From Eledone cirrhosa (lineage: Eukaryota), in assembly GCA_964016885.1 (NCBI GenBank), contig OZ024745.1, forward strand, positions 125,798,001 through 125,862,000: 64,000 nt of DNA. Direction: 5' to 3'. The notes beneath the pieces were generated by a model that worked only from the letters and a program-made list of their open reading frames with translations, had not been told where the DNA came from and did not search any database. Positions 37,653-50,378 of the stretch are shown here, piece by piece; the first letter of the stretch is position 1; each line of letters begins with the position of its first letter. The position numbers and the translations under genes are program-made.

Positions 37653-38749
37653 ATATATATATATACGTATATATATATATTCTCAATGTGCGTATATATT
37701 CGAATGCTAGCGAGAATACTCTTATAACATAGCCAATGGTATGCTGAGTCAGAATAATCGTTTTACTTACGATGCATTTCATTTAATAAGATGTTTATAT
37801 ATGCACATATACATACATACATATATACATATGCATAATATATATACATATGCATAAATACATACAAGCATGCATATACAAACACACACACACACATGTA
37901 GATACATACATTCAAATATATATTTATATTCAATGCACTAACACTCACGATTGGATTCCTCTGAGAATTTTCGCATTATTTGTGTACATTTCACGCCAAC
38001 TATGAAATATATATTATTAGAATTCAAGTGGTAGTTCCAACAAAGAATTCTCCAGCGCCGTTAACAATCTCATTAATTTACACCGATACTTAATATAGTC
38101 CTCTCCTTATTCTCATTCTTAACAGTTTTTCGTCTTTATTAAAATAAACAAAAACTTGATCGCCGCTTTTTACTCTTGAAAATATATATGCCAATGCTTT
38201 GGCAACCCTATATGAGAACAGAGACATGAAAATATTATGAAGTGAGGCAAACTAGGGATAAATGCAATTGATTTTTAGATACTTTTATCACAAATAAAAT
38301 TCTAATACATATTTTTACCGAATAGTAATGTGGAGTACAATACTCTGATGGGATGGAGAATATGCACGACCGTTCGATGTGGTAGAAATAGCAAATATCC
38401 AGATCATATTTGATAGTGTACGGCAGTATCGCCCTTCATTTTACGTCTTCTTATATACCGTCGTAGAAAGTTTGAACACTTTAGTACCAATTCACCTGCA
38501 GCTAACACTGGTCCTGTGAAAAATGCTCATTTGTTGATATTTTAAAAAATGCTCAAGTATTGATATTTAATATGAAACATTACAGCAAAAATATATGTAA
38601 GAATTGTTTTTTTCATATTCTAAACACAAACATTTCGAAAAGGCTATCTAACCAAAAGGCTCCAATTTTTTTATAATTTTCAAAATTAGTTGAAATACAT
38701 TACATGTATTTAATGACAAATAAGGTCATGTAGGATTTAAATAAAAACT

Positions 38750-39007
38750 CTTTCTACTTTTTCCACAAGGCCAGCAATTATCCCAGTGCATTACTGGTAC
38801 TTTATTTTACCGACCCTGTAAGGAGGAAAGGCAAAGTTTACCTCAGCAGAAGAACTGTGAAACCGGTAAAGGAACCAAATAAATATATTTTTTTTTTTAA
38901 ATAAGACTCCAGTTGCATTTTCGATTTCATCTTTTTTTCTTTATACTTTCACTCGTGTAGGACACCTCGGTTATTTTTCATTTTGTAAAAAAACCCTCAC
39001 TTTCTAA
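38750..39007. mobile_element. SINE 3' half (minus, ~38750-38849) fused to a truncated family A element (plus, 38845-39007)
   Basis: Both consensuses are recognisable and overlap at AGCAG. Confidence 0.75.
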
Positions 39008-39041
<34 letters not shown>

Positions 39042-39108
39042 CATATTATATATATATGTATGTGTGTGTATAAATATATATTCAAGCACACGTGGCCTAT
39101 TAATCGGG

Positions 39109-39158
<50 letters not shown>

Positions 39159-39165
<7 letters not shown>

Positions 39166-39615
39166 AAGTTAAATAAAAGTCAAATGATTAAAATTTAGCT
39201 TCGTTTATTACTGCTATATATATTTCAGTGACAGCCATCTTTGGCTGTGACCTCTTCAGGCAGTTTGAATTAGTATGGTATAGACAAGTACATATGTTGT
39301 TTAGGTGTATGATATTGTCAATACTCTGATATGCCCAGTTCCTTGTTGGGTTGTTAATTCACTGGGGAATATTATACACCTAAACAACATATGTACTTGT
39401 CTATACCATACTAATTCAAACTGCCTGAAGAGGTCACAGCCAAAGATGGCTGTCACTGAAATATATATAGCAGTAATAAACGAAGCTAAATTTTAATCAT
39501 TTGACTTTTATTTAACTTTATTTTACACTACTCCGGAGTAACCAAACCAACCTGCGCACTTCGTCGAGTGCTCCAGCCTGCATACTGAGGTGTTGGTATA
39601 CAACCAACATAAACT

Positions 39616-39620
<5 letters not shown>
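39159..39620 (+). mobile_element. Fold-back Penelope-like element, family C
   Basis: 158-bp arms 39159-39316 / 39368-39525, 51-bp spacer, ~95-bp unique extension, (TA)n on both sides. Confidence 0.8.
39420..39474 (+). ncRNA. Canonical type I hammerhead ribozyme (mirror copy 39210-39264, minus)
   Basis: ACTGC-CTGAAGA-GGTCACAGCC aaagat GGCTGTCACT-GAAA-TATATA-TA-GCAGT, followed by AATAAA. Confidence 0.85.
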
Positions 39621-39665
<45 letters not shown>

Positions 39666-39764
39666 TTGTGTGTGGGGGGTGGGGGTGTTCATGTGTATAT
39701 GTGTGTATGTTTGCGTGTATGTGTTTTGAATGTAAGATAAGTAGTATTAAACACACATGCGTAC

Positions 39765-39829
<65 letters not shown>

Positions 39830-41352
39830 TAAGTGTATTTACCTTGTGTTTATTTTAAATAGTTTAATATATTTGACCTATATAACATACAAGATTAAGA
39901 AGTGAAAGGCTAATGTTCTCAGAACGTAGTTAGTTTGAATTTATATATAAGATCATGTTGTTCTTGAAATTAGTGACTGAGGAATTTTTATTTGCGGAGA
40001 ATACATGATGTGTTAGAGTTTAGAACTGATTTGAATGCAATAATTTCTGTATCTCAAGGGAGAATGTCATTCTGGTTAATTGATGTCATTAAATAAAATA
40101 TTCTAGACTGGATGTCAGTTAGATGGAGTTATGTGTATGCTTTTCTTTACGTAATGTGTATAATGTATTCTTTTCTTATTTTCACTGTAGATCAGAGTAG
40201 TAGTTAGTCTGTTGATTAGTGCAAATAGTTGGTTTACTTTGCCTTTCATACTTTCGACATCGATAAAAAATTACTTATCCAGTACTAAGGTTTATTCTTC
40301 CTCTATATTTCTTTCTCAATTCCTCTCTTTCAATTTCTACCCCCCCCCCCCTTCTGTTGAACACATTGGCTGTGTTTAAAATTGGAGAAAGGGTGGGATC
40401 CGCTTAGTTTAAATGACTAAGACATGCATTTGATACTGGCCCATACAATTTTTGCTAAAGGCGGTGAATTGGCAGGGACCTTAGAATATCGGATAGAATG
40501 TTTTGCGGTATTCGTTCAGGCTCTCTGAGTTCAAATCCCACCGAGGCCATCTTTGACTTCCACCCTTTCGTGGCCGATAAAAAGAAAGTGATGGATTCCG
40601 CCAGGTTTAAGAAATCTTCACTAAACGCGATATGTCACTATGGCGCGAGATGAGGAAATTTTAAATAATTTATTTGTTGTGAAAAAGAAAAAGAAAAAGA
40701 AAAAAACGTAATGGGGAAATACTTGCTCAAGCTTCTCTGTATATTAGAATATGTCCACTGAATCGGAAGGAGATAAGAGGTGAAGCGGTTCAATTGAAAC
40801 TTATGTATGAAACACGTAATGTACTTTCAATGTACTTTTGACAATAAAAATAATTAATAGCCACGGAAAGCAACAGCACATATGCTTGAAATTAAAAATG
40901 CAAGTATTGCGCATTGATATGTCTAATTTGAAACTGGTTTTCAGCAATATATGCTTATTCATAATAAATATACATATTTTTAAACAAAACACGTTTATAA
41001 AAATTACATGCACTTGTATATGTAATGTAATATAATATCTTATGAAATAATATAATGATTCCTGACGGACACACATAGTTTCAGATGTACAGAAGAGAAA
41101 ATTAGGATTGGGTAAGGCTCATGCCTTTTCCAAGAGCATAAATTGTAAGCGAAACTTGTTTGACGGGGAATTTAAATCGGGTTGAGAAATACATATGATG
41201 CGAAACTAAATACCGACAATCGCATATAACCAGTCATTATGGATTGCATCTATGTATATTGATCTGGTATCCAGTTCCGATATCAGGTTTTAGGGTATTG
41301 GTGTAACACTACATACTACATTGTAAAGTTAAATCATAATATTTTTTGAATA

Positions 41353-41721
41353 TACTCTCAGGTCTCAAATAATTTGCCCCACTCCTCACCCAACCACACC
41401 GTTAATTATTTTACAGATTTTTTTCCACCACCGCCCTTATTTAATCTTGCTAATATATTTCCGGTGAAATTTTATTGTAAGTGATTCATATTGATACAAC
41501 AGCTGGAGGATCTAATAATTATTTAATTTTACATTAAAAACATGATATATTACAAAAAAAAGAACATTGCAAGAAATCACATATTTACGAACGTACTCTA
41601 TATAATTACCGATTTCCCAACCCAACCGTTTATTCCACCCATGTTTATAAGAATTTAAGCAAATGTCCACGCCCACCACCGCTTATTCCAAGCTCCTCTA
41701 TAAATTTGGGACCCAAGGATA
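41353..41721. mobile_element. Possible decayed Tc1/pogo-type MITE
   Basis: Imperfect TIRs TACTCTCAGGTCTCAAAT / ATTTGGGACCCAAGGATA. Confidence 0.4.
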
Positions 41722-42281
41722 CTTTTATCACATCAGGTAATGTTACATAGATAAAATAATTATAATTTTACTTCTTTCAAAATGGTGTTTAGATAAAATA
41801 ATTGTTTCTACATTTGGCACAAGGCCAGCAATTACCCAGTACATTACTGGTATTTTATTCTATCGACCCTGTATGGATAAAAGGCAAAGTTAACCTCGAC
41901 GGGATTTGAACTCAGATGAATATGGAAATAAATATAGCTACTCAACTCAAAATAAAATGGAATAAAATAAATGAATAACGTTGTGATTCACTCCAGTTAC
42001 ATTTGGCTAAACGATTCAAAACATCGTTCATATTCACACGTTACATACAAATGAAATTAAAGTAAGTAGACATTTGGGAAAATAAGAAAGGAAATATATA
42101 TACATATATTTCACACTGTGAAGAAACACTGCTGCTACTACCACCTCTCTCTTTATATACAAGAGTTTGTTTTACAGTCTCCTTCTCAACAAGGAAGAGG
42201 AAAAAACTTACCTCAACACTTAATTTTACATCTATAATTTTTAGTTTCTTATTCTTATTAATTCTTTTTAATTGTAATACT

Positions 42282-42331
42282 CAACATTTGATAAGATGAA
42301 TTTTAATAATACATCGAAACCGGTAATACTT
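42282..42331 (+). ncRNA. Decayed minimal hammerhead, U3-A8 type
   Basis: TTGATAA-GATG..CATC-GAAA-CCGG-TA; stem I largely lost. Confidence 0.45.
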
Positions 42332-42501
42332 TATATACTTAATATACATTATAAAACTCTTTTTTTAAAGAATTGACCGTCTCATTTTTTCAATAATGTC
42401 ACTTTGATGAATCAAAGAAAGGAAAAAAAAAAAAAAATAGACCCTTAGATATATTTTCAGTGCTATTTCCAATTTCACCTTCACTCTACATATATATATA
42501 T

Positions 42502-42548
<47 letters not shown>

Positions 42549-43128
42549 TGCGTTTGTGTGTGTGTATTATTTTCATCAAAAAGAAAGGAGAAAGGATAAA
42601 AAAGAAACATTACTTCGTGTAAAAGTTATAAGCATTCGATCTTCATTCATAGTCTCCTATATTGAAATATTTAAAAATAGGCCGAATGTCTCTCCCCCCT
42701 CCACTACCACCAGTTCTCTCTCTCTCTTTCATATAGATAGGGAGAGATGTCTCCCCACCACCACCATCTCTCTCTCTCTCTCTCTTATATATAGAGAGAG
42801 ATGTCTCCCCCCCCCTCCCCTCCACCCACCACCACCATCACCAGCTCTCTCTCCTATATAGATATATAGATAGATAGATAGATAGATAGAGAGAGAGTAT
42901 TTTATTTATCAACTTTGAAATGATGGAAGGTAAAGTTGATCTCAATGAGATTTGACGTCAGAGCGAAGTTAATCGGTAAAACTACAGCTAATTCACCGCA
43001 TTTTGTATGCAAGAAGGACATAAAATAATTCTTAATGGAAATACAAAAGTCAAAGGAGTGCATAGGGTAGTAAAATGTAGAAAAAGAATACATCGCCAAC
43101 AAATGTATATTTTGCTATATGAAATAAT

Positions 43129-43363
43129 TGTTTCTACTTTTGGCACAAGGCCAGCAATTACCATAAATAAAGTATCAGTAATGTATTGACATAAAATAAA
43201 GTACCAGTAATGTATTGACATTACTGGTACTTTATTTTATCGACCCCGTTAGGATGAAAGGCAAAGTTAACCTCGGTGGGATTTGAAATCAGACCATAAG
43301 GGGCCGTAACTCTTTGCTGCAAAGCATGGCGTCCGACCCTCTACCGATACTACCAATCCACCA
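43129..43363 (-). mobile_element. SINE with internal inverted double duplication (43163-43219)
   Basis: Consensus interrupted by two sense-orientation copies of its own core. Confidence 0.88.
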
Positions 43364-43537
43364 TAATGTTTTACAGTTTATAAACGTATAAAATATATTT
43401 TGCTACAGAGTTGGCTGTATGGATGTACGTTGGTAACAGGTCAAAATTGAAGGACGTGGGTCGTTAGGCTATTTCTCCTCATATGTCCATGATTTCAGCG
43501 AGCCTACACACCTCACGCGTTTATTATTTGTAAGCAT

Positions 43538-43729
43538 GTAACGGGCGGTGGATTGGCAGTATCGGTAGAGGGTCGGACGCCATGCTTTGACGCATAGAGT
43601 TACGGCCCTTGCCATTCTGAGTTCAAATCCCGCCGAGGTTAACTCTGCCTTTCATCCTTACGGGGTCGATAAAATAAAGTACCAGTAATAAACTGGTTAA
43701 TTGCTAGCCTTGTGCCAAAAGTAGAAACA
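43538..43729 (+). mobile_element. SINE, short form, full length
   Basis: TSD ATTATTTGTAAGCAT at 43523-43537 / 43730-43744. Confidence 0.93.
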
Positions 43730-44533
43730 ATTATTTGTAAGCATATTATGTACACCACATAACATAGAGGGCAGTACAGATGTATGTAAATGTGTATATG
43801 CGTAACACATACATAAATCATATACATTTAACACTGACCTCTATAATACTAAAAGATCAGTTTGAAATATGGCCTGTATTTTACATCTGGTTTGGGCTCA
43901 CCTCCAGTATTATACGAGTTAGGGAGTAAAGTAATATATTTCCATATAGCATTGAGCAAAGGCAATTATATTTCTTGGAATAGAATTAGGCTAGTGGATT
44001 AAAATAAGTTATTGGGAGGAGTAAGGTCAGTCAGTGCCTAATATATTTGTAGATCTGCCCAAGCTGGTGATAGCTAAGGCAGGAGATAGAGAAGCGATAA
44101 TAGGTTTGATTATCATTAGCTACTCTTGATGTCTAGCTTAAACATATGTAGGTTAACGCCTGCAAAAAACATTGGGGGCGAGAGTAACGAAATGTTTTTT
44201 TTCGAATGCTTGCAACAGAGTGTACTGTGTTAAAGTCACCAGAGAATCAGGTGATGAAGATAAACCGAGTAATGTGTTAAATCTCTGTTCAGGTCATGAG
44301 TCAAGAATTCAAATTCACTACTGATGTATCGTTATGTTTGTTGAAGAGAACAACTGTACTTTATACAATAGATTTAGTTCTTGTATAAGTGGTAAAATGC
44401 GGCAAATTTCATGTAATGCCTTGGTATTTGATCCTGCAATCAGAGTTCAAATCCCCCCGCATTCAGTTTTATTTTTCATCCTTTCGAGATCGATAAAATA
44501 AGTACCTCCAGTCAAGTACTGGGGTCGATCATT

Positions 44534-44589
<56 letters not shown>

Positions 44590-44781
44590 TCTCTCTTTCT
44601 TTTTCACACACACACACACTCGAATTCTTCCGACCTGGAGAGTGTTGAGCTTGATTGTACCCTGTGGTGATCGATATTGTAATATACAAATACATTTTAT
44701 ACATATACTGCAACACTGATTTCGACTCTTTTAAATCTGTCTCTCTCTCCCTCTCCCCCTCTCTCTCTCTATGTCTCTCTC

Positions 44782-44827
<46 letters not shown>

Positions 44828-44875
44828 ACTCTGTCTCTCTCTCCCTCTCTATGACTCTCTCTGTATATATATATA

Positions 44876-44921
<46 letters not shown>

Positions 44922-45056
44922 TGTGCTGTTTATTATATAATTAAATAGCTCTGTACTATACATAGAGCACTCTTTTTTCCTTTACTTTTCCACGCAAATA
45001 CATAACACATATATTTATAGGCACACACACATACACACACACACAAACACACACAG

Positions 45057-45101
<45 letters not shown>

Positions 45102-45500
45102 TACTTATATAAGCAAAAAATATACATTATTATATGCACACATAACGGTATGATTGTGTGCGCGTACACAAACGTGTATGTATGTGTGTGCGTACACAAA
45201 CGTGTATGTATGTGTGCCTTCATGAATACCAACTTTAATACCTTCAAATGAAACTTTATCTTCAGGTGCTACTATCTATTATAAAATTGCTATATTTCAT
45301 TTTTATCCCCAGTTAAGGCGCATTACATCTTATCTGTGGCAGATTTTGTCTTGGAATACTAATTAGGCCCCATGGCTTTAGTTGTCCGATTCCTTAGGTT
45401 CGCGTTTACGTCAACTCCACCACCTCTCTTTTTCCCTCTTCCTCCCTCGCACTTTCTCTCTGCCATCCCAACAACAACTATAATAACTTACAGTAGCAAC

Positions 45501-46345
45501 ACCACCATCATTGCCACCACCACCATTGCCACCACCACCATCATTGTCACCACCACCACCATTGTCACCACCACCACCATTGTCACCACCACCATTGTCA
45601 CCACCACCACCATCATTTCCACCATCACCACCATTGCCACCACCACCATTGCCACCACCACTATTTCAGCCATCACCATCATTGCCACCACCACCATTGC
45701 CACCACCACCACCATTGTCACCACCACCACCATTGTCACCACCACCATTGTCACCACCACCACCACCACTATTTCAGCCATCACCATCATTGCCACCACC
45801 ACCATTGCCACCACCACCACCATTGTCACCACCACCACCATTGTCACCACCACCATTGCCACCACCACCACCATTGCCACCACCACCATTGCCACCACCA
45901 CTATTTCAGCCATCACCATCATTGCCACCACCACCATTGCCACCACCACCACCATTGTCACCACCACCACCATTGTCACCACCACCACCATTGCCACCAC
46001 CACCACCATTGTCACCACCACCATTGTCACCACCACCACCACCATTTCCACCATCACCACCACCATTGCCATCACCACCATTGTCACCACCACCACCAAC
46101 ATTGCCACTACCACCATTGCCACCACCACCATTGCCACCACCACCACCACCAACATTGCCACCACCACCATTGCCACCACCACCATTGCCACCACCACCA
46201 CCATTTCCACCACCACCACCAACATTGCCACCACCACCATTGCCACCACCACCATTGCCACCATCACCAACATTGCCACCACCACCATTGCCACCACCAC
46301 CATCACCACCACCATTGCCACCATCACCACCACCATTGCCACCAC
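45501..46345. repeat. Cryptic (CAC)n-based satellite, ATTG(C/T)(CAC)n units
   Basis: Direct reading; higher-order marker CTATTTCAGCCATCACC at ~45661, 45769 and 45901. Confidence 0.95.
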
Positions 46346-46405
46346 CGCAACTACCAATACAACCTCCACCATCATATCCAGCAATAGTAGTGAGGTTAAT
46401 ATTAT

Positions 46406-46608
46406 TCAGTATCGGTAGAGCGCCGGACACCATGGTTCACAGCAAATCGTTACAGCCCTTTACGTTTTGAGTTTAAATCCTGCCGAGGTTACCTTTCTCT
46501 TTCATCCTACGGGTTCAATAAAATAAAGTACCAGTCATTCACTGGGGTTGATTTAATCAACTTCCCCCACTCCCCAAAATTGTTGGCCTTGTGCGTAAAT
46601 CAGAAATC
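46406..46608 (+). mobile_element. SINE, long form
   Basis: Ends TCCCCAAAATTGTTGGCCTTGTGCGTAAATCAGAAATC|ATTATT, the closest match to the LINE 3' end. Confidence 0.88.
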
Positions 46609-47218
46609 ATTATTAGAAGTATTCCATCGATTTAGCAGAGTTATTAGAGGGTTGGATATGTCTTACAATTATCAACATTCTGAGTTCTAAGCCAAAGAGG
46701 TCCACTTTGTTTTTTTTTTTTGTTTTTTTTTTTGTGTCGATGAAGAATGTACCAGCTCAATGCTGGGGCTACCCACCTAGCTATCACTGCTGCTCTTCTA
46801 GCTATCCCTTCATGGTATTCCACTAGATAAAAGAAAGGTTGCGCTTGGAGGGGATGTCTGTGTTTACTCTGACTGGATTGATACCTAAAACTTTTAGCGA
46901 AAGTATGGCACATATTACAGTCTTATTCGTTTGCGAGAGACGGCTATAGTTTTTTTTTTTTTTTTTGTAGTAATAAGGATAAAGGCGATAACAAAGGATT
47001 ACAAGCGATAATGAGGTACTGTAGATGAGAAATATAACTTGTGTCAGTCTGTCGATGTAGTGTGGAATTCATGTTGGTGAGCTCTAACTAGATATTATTG
47101 GCTTAGATAACGTCCTATGGCTACGAAATCTATATATATATATATTATTATAGCTTTCAATTGAGCCTGATTAAGAATCAAGGATAATTCATTCTAGAGC
47201 GTTTAATATTACATACAG

Positions 47219-47273
<55 letters not shown>

Positions 47274-47393
47274 TATACATATATATATACTTTATATCAT
47301 GTAGTCACTTTTACCGTCATTCGTATTCGGCCTAAAATACACTTACTGAATAAAATAATGCATATATACACATATATATATATATATATACCA

Positions 47394-47433
<40 letters not shown>

Positions 47434-47490
47434 TACACGCACAAAACATGCATACACACACACACACATATGTATATATATATATAATAA

Positions 47491-48281
47491 TTGTTTCTAC
47501 TTTTGGCACAAGGCCAACAATTACCCAGTACATTACTGGTACTTTATTATATCGACTCCGTAAGGATGAGAGGTTAACCTCGGCGGGATTTGAACTCAGT
47601 CTGTAAAGGGACGAAACTGTGCTGCAAAGCATGGCGTCCGACCCTCTACCGATACTGCCAATACACCGCCCTATATAATTGTTTCTACTTTTAGGCACAA
47701 GGCCAGCAATTACCCAGTGCGTTACTGGTACTTTATTTCATCGACCCCGTAAGGATGAAAGGCAAAGTCAACCTCGGCGGGATTTGAACTCAGATCGTAA
47801 AGGGACGTAACTATGCTGGAAAGCATGGCGTCCGACCCTCTACCGATACTGCCAATCCACCGCCCTATATAATAATGATATAATCCATATATAATAATTG
47901 TTTCTACTTTGGCACAAGGCCAGCAATTATCGCAGTGCATTACTGGTACTTTATTTTATCGACCCCGTAAAGATGAAAGGCAAAGTGAACCTAGGCGGGA
48001 TTTGAACTCAGAATGGCAAGGGCCGTAACTCTATGCGTTAAAGCATGGCGTCCCTCCCTCTACCGATACTGCCAATCTACCGCCCTTTGTTCTACAATTA
48101 ATTGTTTCTACCTTTGGCACAAGGCCAGCAATTACCCAGTATATTACTGGTACTTTATTTTATCCACCCTGGTAAGGATGAAAGGCAAAGTTAACCTCGG
48201 CGGGATTTGATCTCAGAATAGCAAGGGCCATAACTCTATGCGTCAAAGCATGGCGTCCGACCCTCTACCGATACTGCCAAT
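47491..48281 (-). mobile_element. Four head-to-tail SINE copies (~47491-47671, 47680-47864, 47898-48085, 48103-48281)
   Basis: Four consecutive consensus copies with distinct internal variants. Confidence 0.92.
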
Positions 48282-48516
48282 TAATACAAGAAAAAAACCC
48301 TCTAAACATCTTAGTAAATAAATAACAGAAAACTTAAACACAACACTTCTATTTATATTTTTCTTCACAAATTTATTTTAAGTATAAATTAATAAAAAGA
48401 CAATAGTTTTAAAATAGAATTATTCCTTTTATCACCCCCTTCCCCCACATATGTATATATATATGCATATATTCACACACATATATGTTTGTGGACACAT
48501 TTATAATATATATATA

Positions 48517-48566
<50 letters not shown>

Positions 48567-48615
48567 TGTATATATGCATATACTCACACACATGTTTGTG
48601 GACAGACACATTTAC

Positions 48616-48660
<45 letters not shown>

Positions 48661-48885
48661 ATTTCTCTGTACTGCCAAAAATAGGCTCCTGTCAAGCTGC
48701 TTTTTACTGCCAGTATTTTGAAATGTTGCTTCATTCGCTAAATATTAAGTAGTCTATCTGTTCCAGAAACCTCTCAAGTTTGCTATTTAAACAAATCAGC
48801 GTGCTGTTATTTATATCTATATTGAAGTCAAATTTAATTATGTATGTATGTATGTATGTATGTATGTATGTATGTATGTATGTAT

Positions 48886-49727
48886 GTCAGGTCACTCTTA
48901 AGTGCTACTGGTAACATGTAACCCAGAATATCTGTCGCATAGCCGGGTCGCCGGCAACTAAACCGGCAACTCCACCAAGTTTACTTGGTGAGGAAGGTGA
49001 TTTTGGACACCCTGCAGGACAAAAAACAAAACCTGACACACGGAGGAAGAACTCATAAGAGTCAACGGCCATCCAAAAATGTGTAAATATGTAAATACAT
49101 AGTAACATATGTATATGCATGTGTGCATGTGTATGTATATGCGCGGCGACATAGAAATAGCCAGGCTGGATACCCGATTGCGCGGTTAAACCACTGGGAG
49201 TGAAGAACACCTAGCGTTTGAAAGGGCATTCATCTAGTATTCATCAGAAAACTGGGATAACTCCGACATAAATGGATGCCGGTCCTCACATGTGTGTGTA
49301 TGTCTTACATGCTTTAACATGTACATATATTTGGATCTATTTACATCTTCTATGGGGGGCTGGCATCTGGAAAAATAGCCACGGGTCGGCGTCAGCTGCG
49401 ATAAAAGACATTGTGAAGAGAGAAATGAAGGCCATTGACTTCAACACAGACTTCTGGGAAGGCCTCGCAGCTGACAGGCCAAGATGGAGGAACACCCTTA
49501 GTCACACCTCAAATCAGGGGAGGAGAATTTGATGACAGCAGTAGCGGACAGGGGAGCCCAGTGAAAGGAGTACAATAAATGAAACAGACCAGAGACGTTA
49601 TACAGATGTGTTCTATGAGTCAGAGACTGTCACTCACGTATAGGTCTAATTAGCCACCGCAGACGCTGCTCCAGCTGAATTGACCACAGGATACTACCAT
49701 TGGTCGGCCCTGACCGACGGAGGCCTT
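48886..49727 (+). mobile_element. RTE(BovB-like) remnants: 5' region (48886-49272) and 3' end (~49395-49727)
   Basis: KDIVKREMKAIDFNTDFWEGLAADRPRWR and ..RDCHSRIGLISHRRRC with stops; ends ..GACCGACGGAGGCC. Confidence 0.75.
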
Positions 49728-50107
49728 AGTTGTTAGGGTCCTTAATATAGAAAAGAAAATCATCTGGGATGCTGTACATTTTTACTGTACAATTAATGGT
49801 TGGTAACTATAATTGTTTTAATTAGTTGTGTCTTAACTGCTTTCGTGAAGCCCTACTTGACATGTTTTCTGCTGACACAATTAGTCGCATCGGAGTTGCA
49901 GTGTCTGTAGAATTCTCATAACTTCGTTATAATTGTCTAATTACATCAACAGCTGCTTCTCAACTGATTCCTAATACTGTGCATAATTTCTTTTTTCTGT
50001 CTCAGTTCATTATATCTGGTATGTTGATCTTACGTTTTACAAATTTCTTGATAGTAGTATTCCACAAACATTTCATATTATGGTAGAGTCTAGTCCTAAG
50101 TCAGTCA

Positions 50108-50378
50108 CATCCCGGGGGCTCATCAGGCCAGTGCTTATCCCGATTTCTATGGCGTTAAGCGACTGACAGTACAATACTCCCACCCACTGGACAGGACGCC
50201 AGTCCATTGCAGGGTTAAACTCCCAGCTATTGCTGGTAGTCATTTACAGTTGAGTATACTGGGGCAACATAAAATGAAGTATTTTTATCAAGAACACAAC
50301 ACAACTCAGTCCTGGAATTGAACCCACAACATTATGGTCATAAGTACAACACCCTTACCACTATGTCATCCGCTTCCA
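50108..50378 (-). mobile_element. tRNA-headed SINE with CORE-like and V-domain-like segments
   Basis: Minus strand: TAGTGGTAAG..GGTTCAATTCC head, GTGTTCTTGA..ACTTCA, and AACCCTGCAATGGACTGGCGTCCTGTCCAG. Confidence 0.65.

Noticed and set aside
45372-46470. Extensin-, mucin- or glycine-rich protein ORFs
   Set aside because: Five frames are open because of the CAC repeat, and the Pro-rich ORF runs into a SINE.
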